Positions 44,401-62,682 of a DNA stretch of 64,000 nucleotides are shown here, one piece after another; within the stretch, counting starts at the first letter, position 1; the number at the start of each line of letters is the position of its first letter. The notes under the pieces are model-generated. The model was not told where the DNA came from. It made no database searches and was given only the letters and a program-made list of their open reading frames with translations. Source of the DNA: the human T2T-CHM13v2.0 reference genome, Homo sapiens; NCBI RefSeq assembly GCF_009914755.1, contig NC_060927.1. One strand, given 5' to 3'. The position numbers were made by a program, and so were the translations under genes.

Positions 44401-45329
44401 CTCTATACTGGGAATGGGTCACAACATGAAGGGATAAGCAGTTACCCAGGTCTTGCCTGCAAATGTTCAGTTTGAGAAGTTCACAAGGAGAGACAATAAA
44501 AAAGTGGTCTATGTTCCTGAGGTATAACCACATTGGGCCAGTGGGGTCGGCCTTCAGACAATCAGGAGTTTGAAATCCCCAATGAAGTAGGCTCACATAT
44601 AATTCCAGCTACTACCACAGGCAGGGAGGTGGCAACAGCAGTGCTGGGGTGCAGCCATGGCTGAGGGGCTGGGCACATACAGGGCCTCTGAGTGAGATGT
44701 AAGATTTCACTGGCCTCTGTACTATATCAATACCTGATTTAGAGTAGCCTTATGAAGGAAGTACATGTCTGACAAATAGAAAATATAGCCATGGGTTGTC
44801 ACTGTAACTTAACAAAAGTATTTATTGTTTCATGTTAGGAAACTGACTTACAAGTGTTGTCCCTTGGAGTTTCCAAATTCTTCCAAGGGCAGCTGAAAGA
44901 GCAGAGGGATTATTAAGAGGGACATGTCACCATAATGAAGTCTAGAGTCAATGATGGGGTGGGGAGGACTAGCTTCCTTGCAGGGATCTAAAGAATTTTA
45001 TCTATTCACATACATTTATAAAATAAGTACAGCTGTGTGTATAGTAGCGGTATCTAGAAATCTTCTATCAGTAACCCATGTCTCTGGTACTTTCTTAGTC
45101 ACCACTGGGTCATCTCACTGTAGATAAACTTCTGAACAACAGGCACTGGCTTCTGCAACTTACAACGTTCTGAAAATGTCACATTAATATTTACAGAAGT
45201 CCCTCAATTTTGCATAATGACTCTACTGTGATAATTTTATTTTTAGAAAAATATGCAAGTAAATATTTTCTGCATATTATAAAACTATATTTTCCTATAA
45301 AACAATCTGTCTTGCTATACTAAATAACA

Positions 45330-45850
<521 letters not shown>

Positions 45851-47115
45851 TACCTTCTAATAAATGACATTTAAATATAGTAACACTTTTAGACTACTAC
45901 ATTTAAATGATGAGAAGTAGCTGGGAATACATTAATAGAACATTAAAAATAACTGCAAAACAAATATTCAAGCTAAAAATTGCAGTATGAATTAACAATA
46001 CACTCAAACTTAATTCTTCTGACACAGAACTCATCATTTTACCTCTCTCCCACCCCAACTTTTATCTTCTTCCATAGTAGTAATTACTCCTAGTCCTTAA
46101 GGCCTCCCTCTTCCCATCCCCAATACAGCATTCGCTGCCTACTTGTAGTTATCTTCCCCACTCCAACTCCACTGCTATTGACCTTATCATTTCTTAATAG
46201 ATGCTCCATCAGCTTTCTAACTAGTCTCCCTGCTGCCATCTTATTTAGGGCCATTCTGCTGCCACAGATATCTTTCTAAGATATAAATATGACCAATTCT
46301 GTCCCACACTGCTCACCTAATGAATGCCTTTGTGTGGCATCTAAAATCCTGACTATCTGCTGAGACTTATCTTTGTCACTTCCTCATATGCAGGTCACAT
46401 TTTAGTCTATCCTAATTGTAGACTACAGAGTCATTTAATACTTGTCAGGAATGCTCTGCCTTCTTACATACATTTGGAGAACTTTTTCAAAACCTTGCTC
46501 AATAATCTCTTCTTGCTTGAACCACTTCCTGATTATCAAGAAGCACAGATGACCATTCTTATTCTGACATATGTCCACTCCATTGCTACACATGCCTCTT
46601 ATTTCAGAATCACATGCCTCTTATTTACAGGGCTAATTTCTTCTACACACCAAGATGAACTCCTTGAGCTGTATTTCTAGTTAGTACAGTATGTAATAGG
46701 TACCAAATTAAAGGAAAATATTTAATCTACAACTTAAATTGGTTACACATACTCTTTTACATATTAGCTAATGTCAAGGCTGACTATTAAAATAAATTTT
46801 TCCTTATTCCAAAAGCAATCTGTATATGTCTCAGGAAAGCTAGCAAACAAAAGCATAAGCAAAAGGAAGAAAAAAAGATACCCCTAATCTCATTGCCCAG
46901 AAATTATTTTGGATTATGCTTTTCCAATTTTATTTTTATGCACATATAATATATAAACAAATTTACTTTATAATAAAAATATGACCATAACACGCATATT
47001 ATAATCTTTTTTCTATGTCAACAAATATTAACCACTGAAGAGTCATTTAAAGTGAATGTATACTTTTCCCTTATATGTATATACTATTACCTATTAAATT
47101 ATTCCTCTATTTTTA

Positions 47116-50278
<3,163 letters not shown>

Positions 50279-50291
50279 AGAATTTTTCAGT

Positions 50292-51150
50292 ATAATACTA
50301 TTGCCAAAAAATCTTTAAAGCAAAAACTCTGTAGATCATTAATTATATGGTTTTAATAAATCCCAATAATACAATTGGATGGTAAAGTTTATACATAGCT
50401 TTATGAATTTTGAAACAAACTGTGAAATTGATCCTTTCCATGAAACCTTCCAAATATGGGGTACACTGAATTATTTTGGCTTCACCTTTGCTAACCTAAT
50501 AAGCAAATATGACATACCCTTGCTTTAATTAGCATGGTTTTGATTACAAAGTTAATTTTTTTTCAAATGCTTATGGGCATATACATACACATACATCTAA
50601 AACTGTCTGTACCACCTGCCCATTTTTCTATTCAGTTACTAATCCTTTTCCTATTTATTTGTAAGAAATTTTAATATATTAAGGATATTAATGCTTTGCC
50701 ATATACTTGTAAACATTTTTCCTAATGTACTGTCCTTCAATTGATAATGGTTTCCCATGATATATTGAACATTTTTATTCAGTAAAACCCATCAACATCT
50801 CCTTAATGGGTTTCTTGCATTGAAATCATACATAGAAAGGTCCAGCCATACCCAAGAATACATTAATATATAGCTACATTTTTCCTAGCTTTTTAAAGCA
50901 GTTTCCTTTCACGTTTAATTCTTACATTATATGGAATTAATTTCAGCATATGGAGTGGGGTATGCATAACAGATTTATTATCCATTGTCCCAAATAGATA
51001 ATAAATTATGTCAACACTATTTACTGAATATTCTATCCTTCTATACAAATTTGAAGTCACCTTTATAATATTAACACACATAAGCATGGAGACCAGATTC
51101 AATAGGTGTTCACTATTAGTATAAGCTAATTTGTATAATATACTTGAATA
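50292..51150 (-). mobile_element. Old L1ME fragment hosting the L1PA3 (continues at about 46840-47130)
   Basis: 'ttaatatattaaggatattaat', 'tagaaaggtcc..cccaaga', 'aacactatttactgaata'. Confidence 0.5.
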
Positions 51151-51921
51151 TATGGACTTTCTATTGTGTTCTACAGAATGGCTTGCCAATTACTGTGTTA
51201 GCTGACATTGTATGTAATTCAACACCAATTAAAATTTACCTTTATTTAAATTATATACTTTTACATGTATGTTTTACAACCTAAAGTTTTGTTTCTTTGG
51301 TTTACACAGATTGCTTTTCAAGAGGGTGGTACTTGGCCCAGGAGTCAGAGATAAGGTTTTGGATGTAGATCCTTCAAGTACCAACTATGTGAATTGGATA
51401 TGTTACTCAGCTTCTTGATGTCTCAGGGAACAGTATTCGTTTTTGTCTAACTCATAGTGATGCTATGAGGGCATCTGATATCAAGCACCTGAAACCACTT
51501 GTTTAATGACTATATATATTTAAGTAAATTTGGTTTAGTCTGTCTTAATTCAAAATAATCTAGTCTTTTGAAATGCTCCTCATGACACAGTCACTTATTT
51601 CAGTAGTCACCTTTAAAACTGTTCTTGTTTCCTCTCAATATAGATAATTGAGAACTAACTATAGCAATTTTTCTCAGGTACAAATTAAATTAAAAAAAAT
51701 TATTGACAAGTTACCTAAAATCATAAGCCTAAATTTTTTTTCTGACATAGCAGGAGGGAAGAGTAATAATAAACATGCCTCACTTTCTTAATTTCCTGAG
51801 ATGAAGCAACTGAGTTGTAAAAATATAAAAATCCCTACACTTTCTATCACTTAAAAAAAAAAATCAAAGAAAGTCTGAGCTCGGAATTTTTTGAGTTTAG
51901 ATTTAAATCTAAATTATCCCT

Positions 51922-52212
51922 TGGGACAAGAGTAGAGGCTCATGTCTGTAATCCTAACACTTAGGTGGGAGAATCACTTGAGCCCAAGGGCTTGAGATCA
52001 GCCTGGGCAACACAGCAAGACCTCATCTCTAAAAAACAACAACAAAAAAATTAGTCAGGTGTGGAGACACATCCCTGTAATTCTTGCTACTTGGGAAGCT
52101 GACGTGGGAGGATCCCTTGAGTCCAGGAGCTGGAGGCTGCAGTGAGCTACGATCACATCACTGCACTCCAGCCTGGGTGACAGAGCGAGACCCTGTCTCT
52201 ACAACATAAAAA
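51922..52212 (+). mobile_element. AluJ (diverged, left-arm deletion)
   Basis: 'gaatcacttgagccca', 'gggaggatcccttgagtccagg', 'gagaccctgtctc'. Confidence 0.88.
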
Positions 52213-52521
52213 GTCGTCCATTAGATGGAGCCCCCCCACCTCATACTTACAATATCATCTTGGACTTTAAATTCTTGGGAAGAGACAAGTAAAATTTAAA
52301 GATCATTCATCACATTTAATAGTTCCATAATTAATTTATTCCAAAATAAGTTAAATTGGACAAATAATTTCTCCTATAATTGCAATAGCATTGTGTATTT
52401 GCTGAAAATCACCTTGGAACTATCACAGCCCCATGGAATTCTTCATGTAAAAGTACAACATTGCTTTAATAAATGCCTTCACTATCAATCTTTGACCAAA
52501 TCCACTGCCTGCTAATATATT

Positions 52522-52690
52522 AAGCAAGCGATTCTCCATTTTTAGTGTATATGCAAATCTCCTGGGCATCTTGGTAAAATGCGAATTGTCAGTGGGCTAC
52601 CCTGATATGGGACCTGGGGTTCTGCATTTCCACCAAGTTTGCAGGTGACGCAGTGTTGCTGGTCCTCGCACTACACTCTGAGTAGTAAGG
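52522..52690. mobile_element. MER5A-like MITE
   Basis: 'ctcctgggcatcttggtaaaatgc..tctgcatttcc..caggtgacgcagtgttgctggtcc'. Confidence 0.65.
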
Positions 52691-53400
52691 GATGAAGAAA
52701 TGCCTTTTAAACAAAACTGGCTATAATTATCACTGGCTTTAATTTACCTCTCATACAATTCTTCTTGGCTGTCTTTTTTTCTGATTTCTCTTGCCACTTT
52801 CCACTTTAGACTCAATTTCATTCATGGGGTCAATCTACTGGCCACAGTAGTTAATCATAAAGGCTGCAGGCAAAACGCACTAAATTCTAATAATCCTTTA
52901 TTAGCCGTTGTGGAGTATATGACCCATTCCTACCAGAGATACCTGCCTACTTCATCAAAGATTCACCTGGATGGCACCAGAAGAAACCTGTTCTCTTCAT
53001 TCTAAGTGTATTTTTTATGAATAGCTTTGAAATAAATTTGAAATTGAAACTGAAACAAAATACCACCAAACACTAGAATCTCTAAATTCTAGACTGAGAT
53101 ATTTGGTTATTAGGAATAGACAATCACAGGCTGAGTAACATGGAATTTAACTACAAATTCTATCATTACCTTGCAAAACGGGTAGAGAAAAAGGTGTATT
53201 AAAACTGAGAAAAAGAAATGGGGAAAAGTAGCAGAAACTCAAATAGGTGGAGTTGAAAATGAGATTAATGGCATCTGATGGAAATTATCCAAAACTGAAA
53301 GAAATCCACTTGCTTTCTTTGGGATTCTATACATACATGAGGAATTAATAAATGTCCCACAATGTTTTATTTTTGCTTCAATTAGTCTATCAGTATATAT

Positions 53401-53584
53401 CAGTGGTTCACAAACTTTACTGTACATCAGAATCACTTTCAGGGCATGTTAAAACATAGATTCTTAGTCGCCTCTAACACTTTCTGGTTAAGTAGGTGGG
53501 TGGGACTGAAGAGTCTGAATTTCTGACAAGCTCTCAGGTGATGGCTGGTGCTGCTGGTTCTGGGATGACACTTGAGAATCACTG
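53401..53584. mobile_element. MER5A
   Basis: 'cagtggttcacaaacttt..catcagaatcac..caggtgatg..cttgagaatcactg'. Confidence 0.8.
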
Positions 53585-55399
53585 GTATACATTATTCTGA
53601 AAACCAGTTGTGTGTATGATTTTTCTGTTTAAAATAACTAATTACTACTTTTTAAATATCTGGGCTTTCATTTGAGTGATACTTCTCATTTCCCATGCAT
53701 TTTAAATCAGTATGGTGATTGTAACTTTCTACCTAGTACGAAATACAAGTACAAGAAGCTTACAACATTGTTCTGTTTGACTGATGTATAGCAATGCTTA
53801 AAAACTTTTTAGAGGTTGGGGTTCCTAAAAATAAATAAGGGCAGGAAGATAATCAGCAGAGAGCTGAGAGGTTCCCAAATGAAAATTATTGTTTTGTCCT
53901 TTCCATTAAATTCTTAATGTCTTCAGCTGCAGAAGAGCTCATTTCTGAGGTTCTTCTTAGCCTTATGAGTTAATCGCACCAAGAGAAGTCACTTTAACTC
54001 ACATGCCTTTAGGAGTAATGATACATTTAAACGATTAAACAATTAGGAAAAAAATGCATATCTCCCTAATGAAAGCAGTTAACACACAGATCCATGGTTT
54101 ATATGAGTATCACAAGTCATTTGTAAATAACATGTTCATTTTAGATATGTAAAGAGTTCTGTCATGCCCTATGAAATAAATTATATTTTATTGTTGCCCG
54201 GGTGTTTCATAACTTTTATTTATTTACTGCAAGAGTGGAGAATTAAGATAGAGTAGTTTATTTCACCAAAAGACTGACAAATGGCTCATTAGACACTTAT
54301 GGAGCTGAAGCTAATCGTACAACTTTTGTTGTTGTTGTATTAATTGTCATTGCTTGCTTAGCATGCTCACACTGGTGGTCATCAGCACCCATTTTTTACC
54401 ACTATCCCACAAACTACTCCCCAAAAGAAAGAAATAATGAAAAGAAAAAAATAGATAAGAAAAAAAAGGAAAACAGAACTTAAAATATGATGTGGGTTAG
54501 AGAAACGCATGGGAGGAATGACAAAGAATAAAAGTGATAGCCTTTCCCCACTGGGCCACCAATAAACATCAATCCCAAACAGCAGTCACCTCACCTAACA
54601 GCTTGAGCCAGAGTCAAAGAGCTGCTTTTTTGTTATTCAGATTAAATATCATTTACATTATATACTTTTTTATTTCACCAGAGACATAAGCTCAGAATTG
54701 ATTGAATGTGTACTACCTGCATGTAATGATTTCTCCTTTTTTACAATCATGTGCTAACGTTGCTCAGTAATGGCCTATGGATGAAGAGACAGATGTACTA
54801 CCAGTCATTCGCGACACATTTGCATTAACAAATCATCATTTAATTAAAGCCCATCCAACAAGTTTATGCTACTTAAATAAAGTTCCTTTCAATAAAAGAT
54901 GCCACAGTGGCACACAGTTAACTATGAGGAAATTTTTTTAACTATATTTATTTTTGTGTCAAAGGCTTAGGTGTGCATTAGACAACCATTTATTAATTTT
55001 AATTTTGCTTGGAATAAACACCCTGACAAACAGCATTTCAATTCAGGCTGCTATACAACAGAATCATTTACTTTCAGATACAATCATGCAGTAACACCAC
55101 AAGCTCCTGCTTCACAAATTGCTCAATCCCCAATCCCCAAATACTATAGAAGATGGCTTATATATAAGTTATACAAGACATGCATTCTAATATTCAAGCC
55201 AAAGCTCTAATATTCACATAAACCTAAAATCCTGCTATAATTAGGAAGGAATATTATTTTAAAATATCACACTAAGTTTCATGGGTAAATATTTATTCAA
55301 TAGAGTCAAAATTTCTATGCTTCTTTAAATAAAAGTAGGGAGACTTGTAGTACAAATACTGATTTCAACCTTGGTTTCACAAACTGGTTGCTGTTCATG

Positions 55400-55934
55400 C
55401 ATTTGACTCAGCAATCCCATTACTGGGTATATACCCAAAGGATTATAAATCATTCTACTATAAAGACACATGCACATGTGTGTTTACTGCAGCACTGTTC
55501 ACAATAGCAAAGACTTGGAACCAACCCAAATGCCCTTCAATGTTAGACTGGATAAGGAAATGTGGCACATATACACCACGGAATACTATGCAGCCATAAA
55601 AAAGAATGAGTTCATGTCCTTTTCAGCGACATGGATGAGGCTGGAAACCATCATTCTCAGCAAACTAACACAGGAACAGAAAACCAAACACCGCATGTTC
55701 TCACTCATAAGTGGGAGTTGAACAATGAGAATATATGGGCACAGGGAGGGGAACATCATACACCAAGGCCTTTCAGCGGGTGGGGAGCAAGGGGAGGGAT
55801 AGCATTAGGAGAAATACCTAATATAGATGATGGTTGATGGGTGCAGCAAACCACCATGGCACATGTATACCTATGTAACAAACCTGCACGTTCTGCACAT
55901 TTATCCCACAACTTAAAGTATAATTTAAAAAAAA
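55400..55934 (+). mobile_element. 5'-truncated L1PA6/7-like 3' end
   Basis: ORF2 tail (SKLTQEQKTKHRMFSLISGS); 3'UTR 'gggtgcagcaaaccaccatggcac', 'cacgttctgcacat'; A tail. Confidence 0.92.
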
Positions 55935-58900
55935 GAATATTCTGATTACATTTTATTACATTACCTACTTCTTTTCTTTAGTAGGGAGAAAAAACAAGAG
56001 AAAAGAAAGGAAAAAAAAAAAAGAGATTCCCTAGCACTACCTCCTACCTACAAAATTTCTCATCATCTTAAAACAAAGTTGGCTAAATATGGTAAGGGCA
56101 TTTTCTCCTACCCTTTTCTGAATCCGTTTTTTTTTCCCCCCAAAAAAACCCTCAAACAACGTTTCATCTAACGTTTCATCTAACCTAAAGAGAAACATGT
56201 CAAAAAAAAAAACCACACACACACAAAAAACCCTAAGACATACAGAGAAGCAGCCACCCCATGAACCCAGATAATCTAAAAGAAAAAATTCTTTCTTGAT
56301 GCTAAATGTAAGGACACACATTTAAAGCCAATTCCTACTGATTAATGCAGAGCATTATGCACTTTGTATAAATATGTATACATACATCTATTTCACGTAG
56401 GTCTATGTATTACAATAAAAGATGTTATCGGGGCATTATTCTGACAGTTTCTAAGCTGAGAGAAACTTAGTCTTTAAATGCATTTTTTATTTTCTGCAAA
56501 TAAAAAATACCTTTTATTTTTCCTAGGTTGCATACATTAATGATATGTCAAATGTTTTACTTTAAAAGGCAACAGAAATCTCTAAGTGTTAAAATAAACC
56601 TTCTAATTGCCTTCTACATTATTTTTTAAAATAAAAGAAGAGAAATAAATTTTTTAAAAATGTTCTTTACTCTATCCCACACTAGATTTGTTTTGGGTTC
56701 CTTTTATAGAGTTGACTGTAGAGACTGGTGAAATTTTACCTTGGTACAGGATTCAAACTAAATAATGGGATGCAGAAATGTGTCATAAATCAACTTCAAA
56801 TATTGAACAGAAGACAAATAACAGAAGATTTATATTCTGACATAAAGAACCATCTCTAACTACAATACAAAGCAAAAGGCAAAAAAAAAAAAAAAACAAA
56901 AAAACCTACTGTGCACTCCAACAGGTTCTCCTTGCCCTTTTATATGCTAACTCAGAATAGTAATTATGGATCTTGCAAGTTGACTCCTGTTTTCCAGAAA
57001 TATGAGTTGTACGTAAAACATGCCTTTTCATCGAAACAATTACCATTAATCAAAACACTGAGAGCTAATACCACTCAAGTCCAACCTACCGCTGTGCCCA
57101 GCAATATATCAAACTGTCTGTTGTCAAACACACTAAACAAACTTAAACACACTGTTTTCACTACAAACAGTAAAAGAAAAAAAAGAAATGCTTGCTAAGT
57201 AATTTTTGAATTGAAATTGCTATCTCAGTAATCCATTCTGTCACTGTGTTTTAATTTTGAGTATTCAATCACAGTCCAACACAGACATATCATTATTTGG
57301 CTCTGGGAAAAGAAAATCCATGGCACTGATAAATGAAGTTACCTGCAAGAGACTTGGTATTACAATGAATTTGGTTAACTTGAGATAATTTGATTTAGAA
57401 GTACACTTAAACAATAACACATTTTACTCTTTTAGGGGTTTGTAATGCTTCATTTCCCAGCGAAAACTATTAACATAAGAAAGGTTATGATTGCTCTACA
57501 AGAGTCAGAAATAGTAAACCTATTTCTACAGCAAGAGTATAAGGTCCATAAGTCCATTGGTTTACTTTTTAGTAATTTACTGCTTTATAATACACTTTTT
57601 ATATTTAATTTTGAAATCTGTATTAGGGAAAATGACACAAGAAATTATCTACTGAAATTGTAAATTACCTAACTTCAGTTTGCATAAATATCAGACAATT
57701 ACATCACTATTATATTTCAATGCATAACTATGTGAATGCGAAGCCATCATCTATAAATATAGACTAAGTAACTATCTTGAAAAACCTTGCTTTTCTTATT
57801 ATCTTTTCCTTCTTTACTCTAATTTTTGTTTTTCTTATTAAGCCAAAAGGTTAAGATTCTCATCCAAAGAGAAAAAACATTTTACAAATCAGAAAGTCAG
57901 CTCTGCTTAATAATTTCTAATCAGTGGAGATGTCAGAGTACTTCATATAAGAAGATGAGAAGAGGAATGGAAACAGTGGAGTTTAACAAACAGATCAGGC
58001 ATTTATTAGCAGCAAGCTCCATTATGGATTTCTGAGCTTTGTAAGCCAAGCTCCCCCAAGAGTAATTAAATTTTTATTTATAATGGGTTTGTGACTGTTA
58101 ACTTCATGTTGCCTATGCTTGTTTCCCTCACATATGCTCATATACACCAATGCAAAATAGCATTCCACGTTTTCTATCAGACAGTACATACTGATGATTT
58201 TTCATCTAAAATAACAAAATTGAACATTAACAAAATATGTACATAAAAAAAGACACGGTATGTAGTGGTTAAGACAGACTACATACACATGGGCACATTA
58301 CTCTTTCACAGACTCAAATATTTTTCACAGCCTTATGTAGTAAAGGATACTACAAATCTAATACAAAAGGATATAAGAAAGCTACACAGCCAACTACATG
58401 TTTACTGCTAGGGATATCAAAGATTAGTGTAAATGTAACTGGAAAAAAGGTCTGATGTTCACCCAAGGCCAATGCATTCTTACCCATTTGAGGAGTTTCT
58501 TCATTTACAAACCTCTCCTTCTGATAGACTTTATCACTTTTGTCTTATCATTAATCCCTTTCCTCTTCTCATCTAGGTATAAACCCCTGTATACTTTACA
58601 CCTTCTTTTAAATGCTTAATATAAGTAACCACAGGAGAATCTCTTCTCCCCTTGAAAAACTGCAAATAAAGATGTCAGCTATTGAGTATATTTGTGGCGT
58701 CTCCAGCAGCTGCTGTTAAATACCAGCTGGTCTAGCTGTTTAAAATTACCTCCGAGTTGGTATTATAAAGATGCCTGGGCAGTGTTGCTGTATTAATGGA
58801 TTATTGAGTGAGCGATGAAAACCTTGGCCAGCTGATGTGTTTTATTACAGATAGGCTTTATGATGTGCAATCACTGTAATTTTTACAACTAGAGGAAATA

Positions 58901-61581
58901 TGAAAAAAGGAGTAAAAAAAAAAACCCCAGAGAAACTGATTTAACTAGATTATTCCTATCATTTTGTTTCCTAGAAGAAGTCAAAGTGCATAATTACCGT
59001 GTATAAATATACAGGTATGAACTTATACACACAATTTATCCATCCATATGGATGTGTTTTCATCAATATAGGCAAGCAGAGAATGCACACGGACAAATTC
59101 AGTATGCATACAATTTGTGAGAATAGAAATTTGTTGTTGTCTGCCAAACCACCCAATTGGCTACAATGGGATCACATGACCTAAAATAGTTTTGAACTAT
59201 TCACCAGCTGGGCAATAGCTGAAAATCCAAATCTGGCCAACTGGACTGTAGTTTGCAATCCAAAGGATGGGATCATTTCACTCCCTTTATCATTTCCCTT
59301 TCGTTGTTTTCTTATAATAAGCCAAGGTTTTTATAGAACTCTAGCAAATTGTCTCCCAGATCCTCTAACTTCCAACTTATGTTCAAAAAAAGGTATGGCA
59401 GTTTATTGGCTTAGCTATTTTTATGCCTGCTATAGTAGCCCAGGGTGCTACCCTATCAGTTTCCAAGGTCCTTCAAATGTATTGTTCTATTTATGGCACT
59501 CTCAAGACTCCTGTATGTTCCCAATTGTTTTTAAGAATGAACACCAACTCTCAGGAGGCTGTGGCCAATTAAAATAGTTCCAAGTAGAAAACAAAACTCA
59601 GAAAATTCATTCAAGTATGTCACTGGGTGAATTAGTATCTTGTAGGAAAGGACAGCCATCTCAGCCTGGATTTCCTCTTTAGGTAATCTACAAGTTTTAC
59701 TCTAAAGTAATATTGAAGAACACAATCATCATCATCAAGAAATATCAAGTATATTGTTTTGGTTTTGCTGTATGACATTTAACATCAATTTTCATCACAG
59801 CCATTTTCATAAAATATATAGAATGTGTGACAAGAAAGTAATAAATTTTTTTAAATATACCAAAATTTATACATGAAATGAATCATTCACATCCCATGGT
59901 AGCGTTTTTTTTTGGTTTTTATTTCCCATAGAGGCTGAGTACTGTGTTTTGAGGGTTTTACTCATGCAAGTAACTAACAATTCTAATTAGAGCCAAATGT
60001 GGTGAATGAACAATGTGAGAAATAAGGTTATGCAATACTTTCTGAGGTCAAAATGTTCTTTGTTTGATTTTATAGCTATAAAACAGGTTTCTAATGTGGC
60101 TCCTATTCTAGTAATGAAGCCAATTCCAGAGAGAAAATTCCAGAAGTATTTTGAGGAATAATGGTAAATTAAAATAAATGTGTAACTTGTTACAATGACC
60201 ATGCTTTAGAAAAACCATAATCATTTTTAATATTAAAAGCACCAATATGCTGGTTTTAAAAAAAGTGATCATTGTTGGTTAAAATTTTTGGTTTGGTTTT
60301 TTAATGGGAATAAAGCTAGTCATTGTGTTATTTTCAAAGGTGTGTAACTTTAAAATTGCAAGGGACTTTTAAGTGCCATCTAATCCAATCTCCCATTCAT
60401 AATAAAAACACCCATTCATAAAATTTCTGATGGCTGGGGACTATTGAGCTTTTGCTGAAATAGCAGGGTGAAAGCATGCTCACCTAATCCTAAACCATCT
60501 ATTTTGCAAACTCCTTTCGATAGAGAATCTTTCAGGCTTGCTGCTTCAAAACATGCCCCCCAAGTTCTTTCTACTGGGTCTTATCTGGCCTTCTAAGAAG
60601 AATGTTCCCTGCTCTAATTTATACTTTCTAAATACCCAAGTGATACTAAAACAAAGCATAATGCTTGATATTAGTAGCTGCTTACTAAATATCTGCTTAC
60701 TCAATAATGACCTGAACAGTTCTATTTTTAAAGAACCATTAAACTGGAAAAAATTATAATAAAATTAATGAATTCGGATAAAAAGCATAAACTGAAGAAA
60801 TTTTTAAAAGATACAGCAGCTTAAATTTCTATTATTGTGAAAACTTAGAAATCTAAGAACATCTAGGTGAAGAGCCAAACTTCTGACCAACTAGAACAGA
60901 GTGAGCAGCAATCAGAGGCAAAGAGGCCAATCATATGTGGGTCAGAAAATGGCTGGGATCAGTCAGGTAGCTATGGAAACACACCCTGGGGTTCTGAAAT
61001 GCAGATCCTGGGTGTGGTGAGCTAGTCTCCCATTCTCTTGGGACTTTCTTCTAGAAGGCAGACCTTGGGAGGCAAAATGACCTATGACTATAGATTTGGT
61101 ACAGGAGAATCAGTCAAACCTTCTTTCTTCAGAGATCTTTAAATAGTTTTTAAAAGTGGGGGTTGTGGGGAGATAATCACTGTTTTGTGATAAAAAAAAA
61201 AAATAGTGACACTATATACATTCCTAATAAATGATTTAAATGCATGGCTACCAAACTTAAAAAAACTCTTCCCATGTTTTATTTTGCCTGCCTTCCTGCA
61301 TTATGTCTTACCACCAGCAGAAAGCACTGGTCAGAGGTGCGGATGCAGTAAGGGCCAAGTGAAGAGAAGGATACAAGAAGGAAGGGTGAAAAAGAATAAA
61401 AGACTGCACAGGCAGAAAGCCAAGGTGGTGGAGGGGAGTCAGGACAAAGCCTGTCTGACCAATCTGGGCAGCAATGCAAAGAAAGGAGGTGCTTCCTTTC
61501 TGCCATCAGCAATACAATCCACTGAAAAGGATAATTAGATAACTAATCACCTTCACTACTGTTTTAAAACTGCATTTTCCA

Positions 61582-61630
61582 CAAAAGAGTGGGAGTGAAA
61601 AGTCAAAAGAGTGGGAGTGAAAAGTCAAAA
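61582..61630. repeat. Perfect 22-bp tandem duplication
   Basis: caaaagagtgggagtgaaaagt x2 plus caaaa. Confidence 0.92.
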
Positions 61631-62346
61631 ATGAAAAAAATAATGATAGGATTTGGCACTGTTGTCATAAATACCAACCGGCAGAGGCCTTCCTGCCTAG
61701 AGGTGATCGACGTAGAGAAAAGGGAGTTACTTATAGATGGCTGAAGCCAGAGCAAGAGGCATTTGTTATATGGGGACTGACATCACTACAAAAAAAAATC
61801 TCTTCTCAATTTTCAGTTTGAGAAAGTGACATTATTTATCATATTATTACTTAGACGTACTTAATAAATATGTAAGAAATATTTCCTATGCAACAGGCAC
61901 TGTTTTAAGTGCTTTGCAAATAAGAACTCCACATGGAAACCCTATAAACTCAGTACTCTTGATCTGACTTTAGCTTTTCTGTTGCGTTCCATTGAATAGG
62001 AGACAAGATCAGATTTTGGTTGCAATGAATGAAGAGTTCAGCAACTGAAAGAACAGGTATAGAAAAGATACTTTATAAATATTACATTTCTCTGCATATT
62101 TCTTGTTTTACAGAAAATAAAATCCTATTAATTATAAACTGGTAGTTCAAATAAACTAAACTTGTAATATATACCAAGCAACAACAGGATAAAATTCTAT
62201 CCATTAAAATATATATGTAGTTCTGTACCTCCCCCCACAACTCACTCCAGTTGGGGAAATTTATCATCTTCATGCTTGGAAACTGGTGAGCTAGAGAAAC
62301 TAGATCTCTGGTTCTCTCCAGTGTCACTGCCTTGGCTAAATTCTGA

Positions 62347-62682
<336 letters not shown>

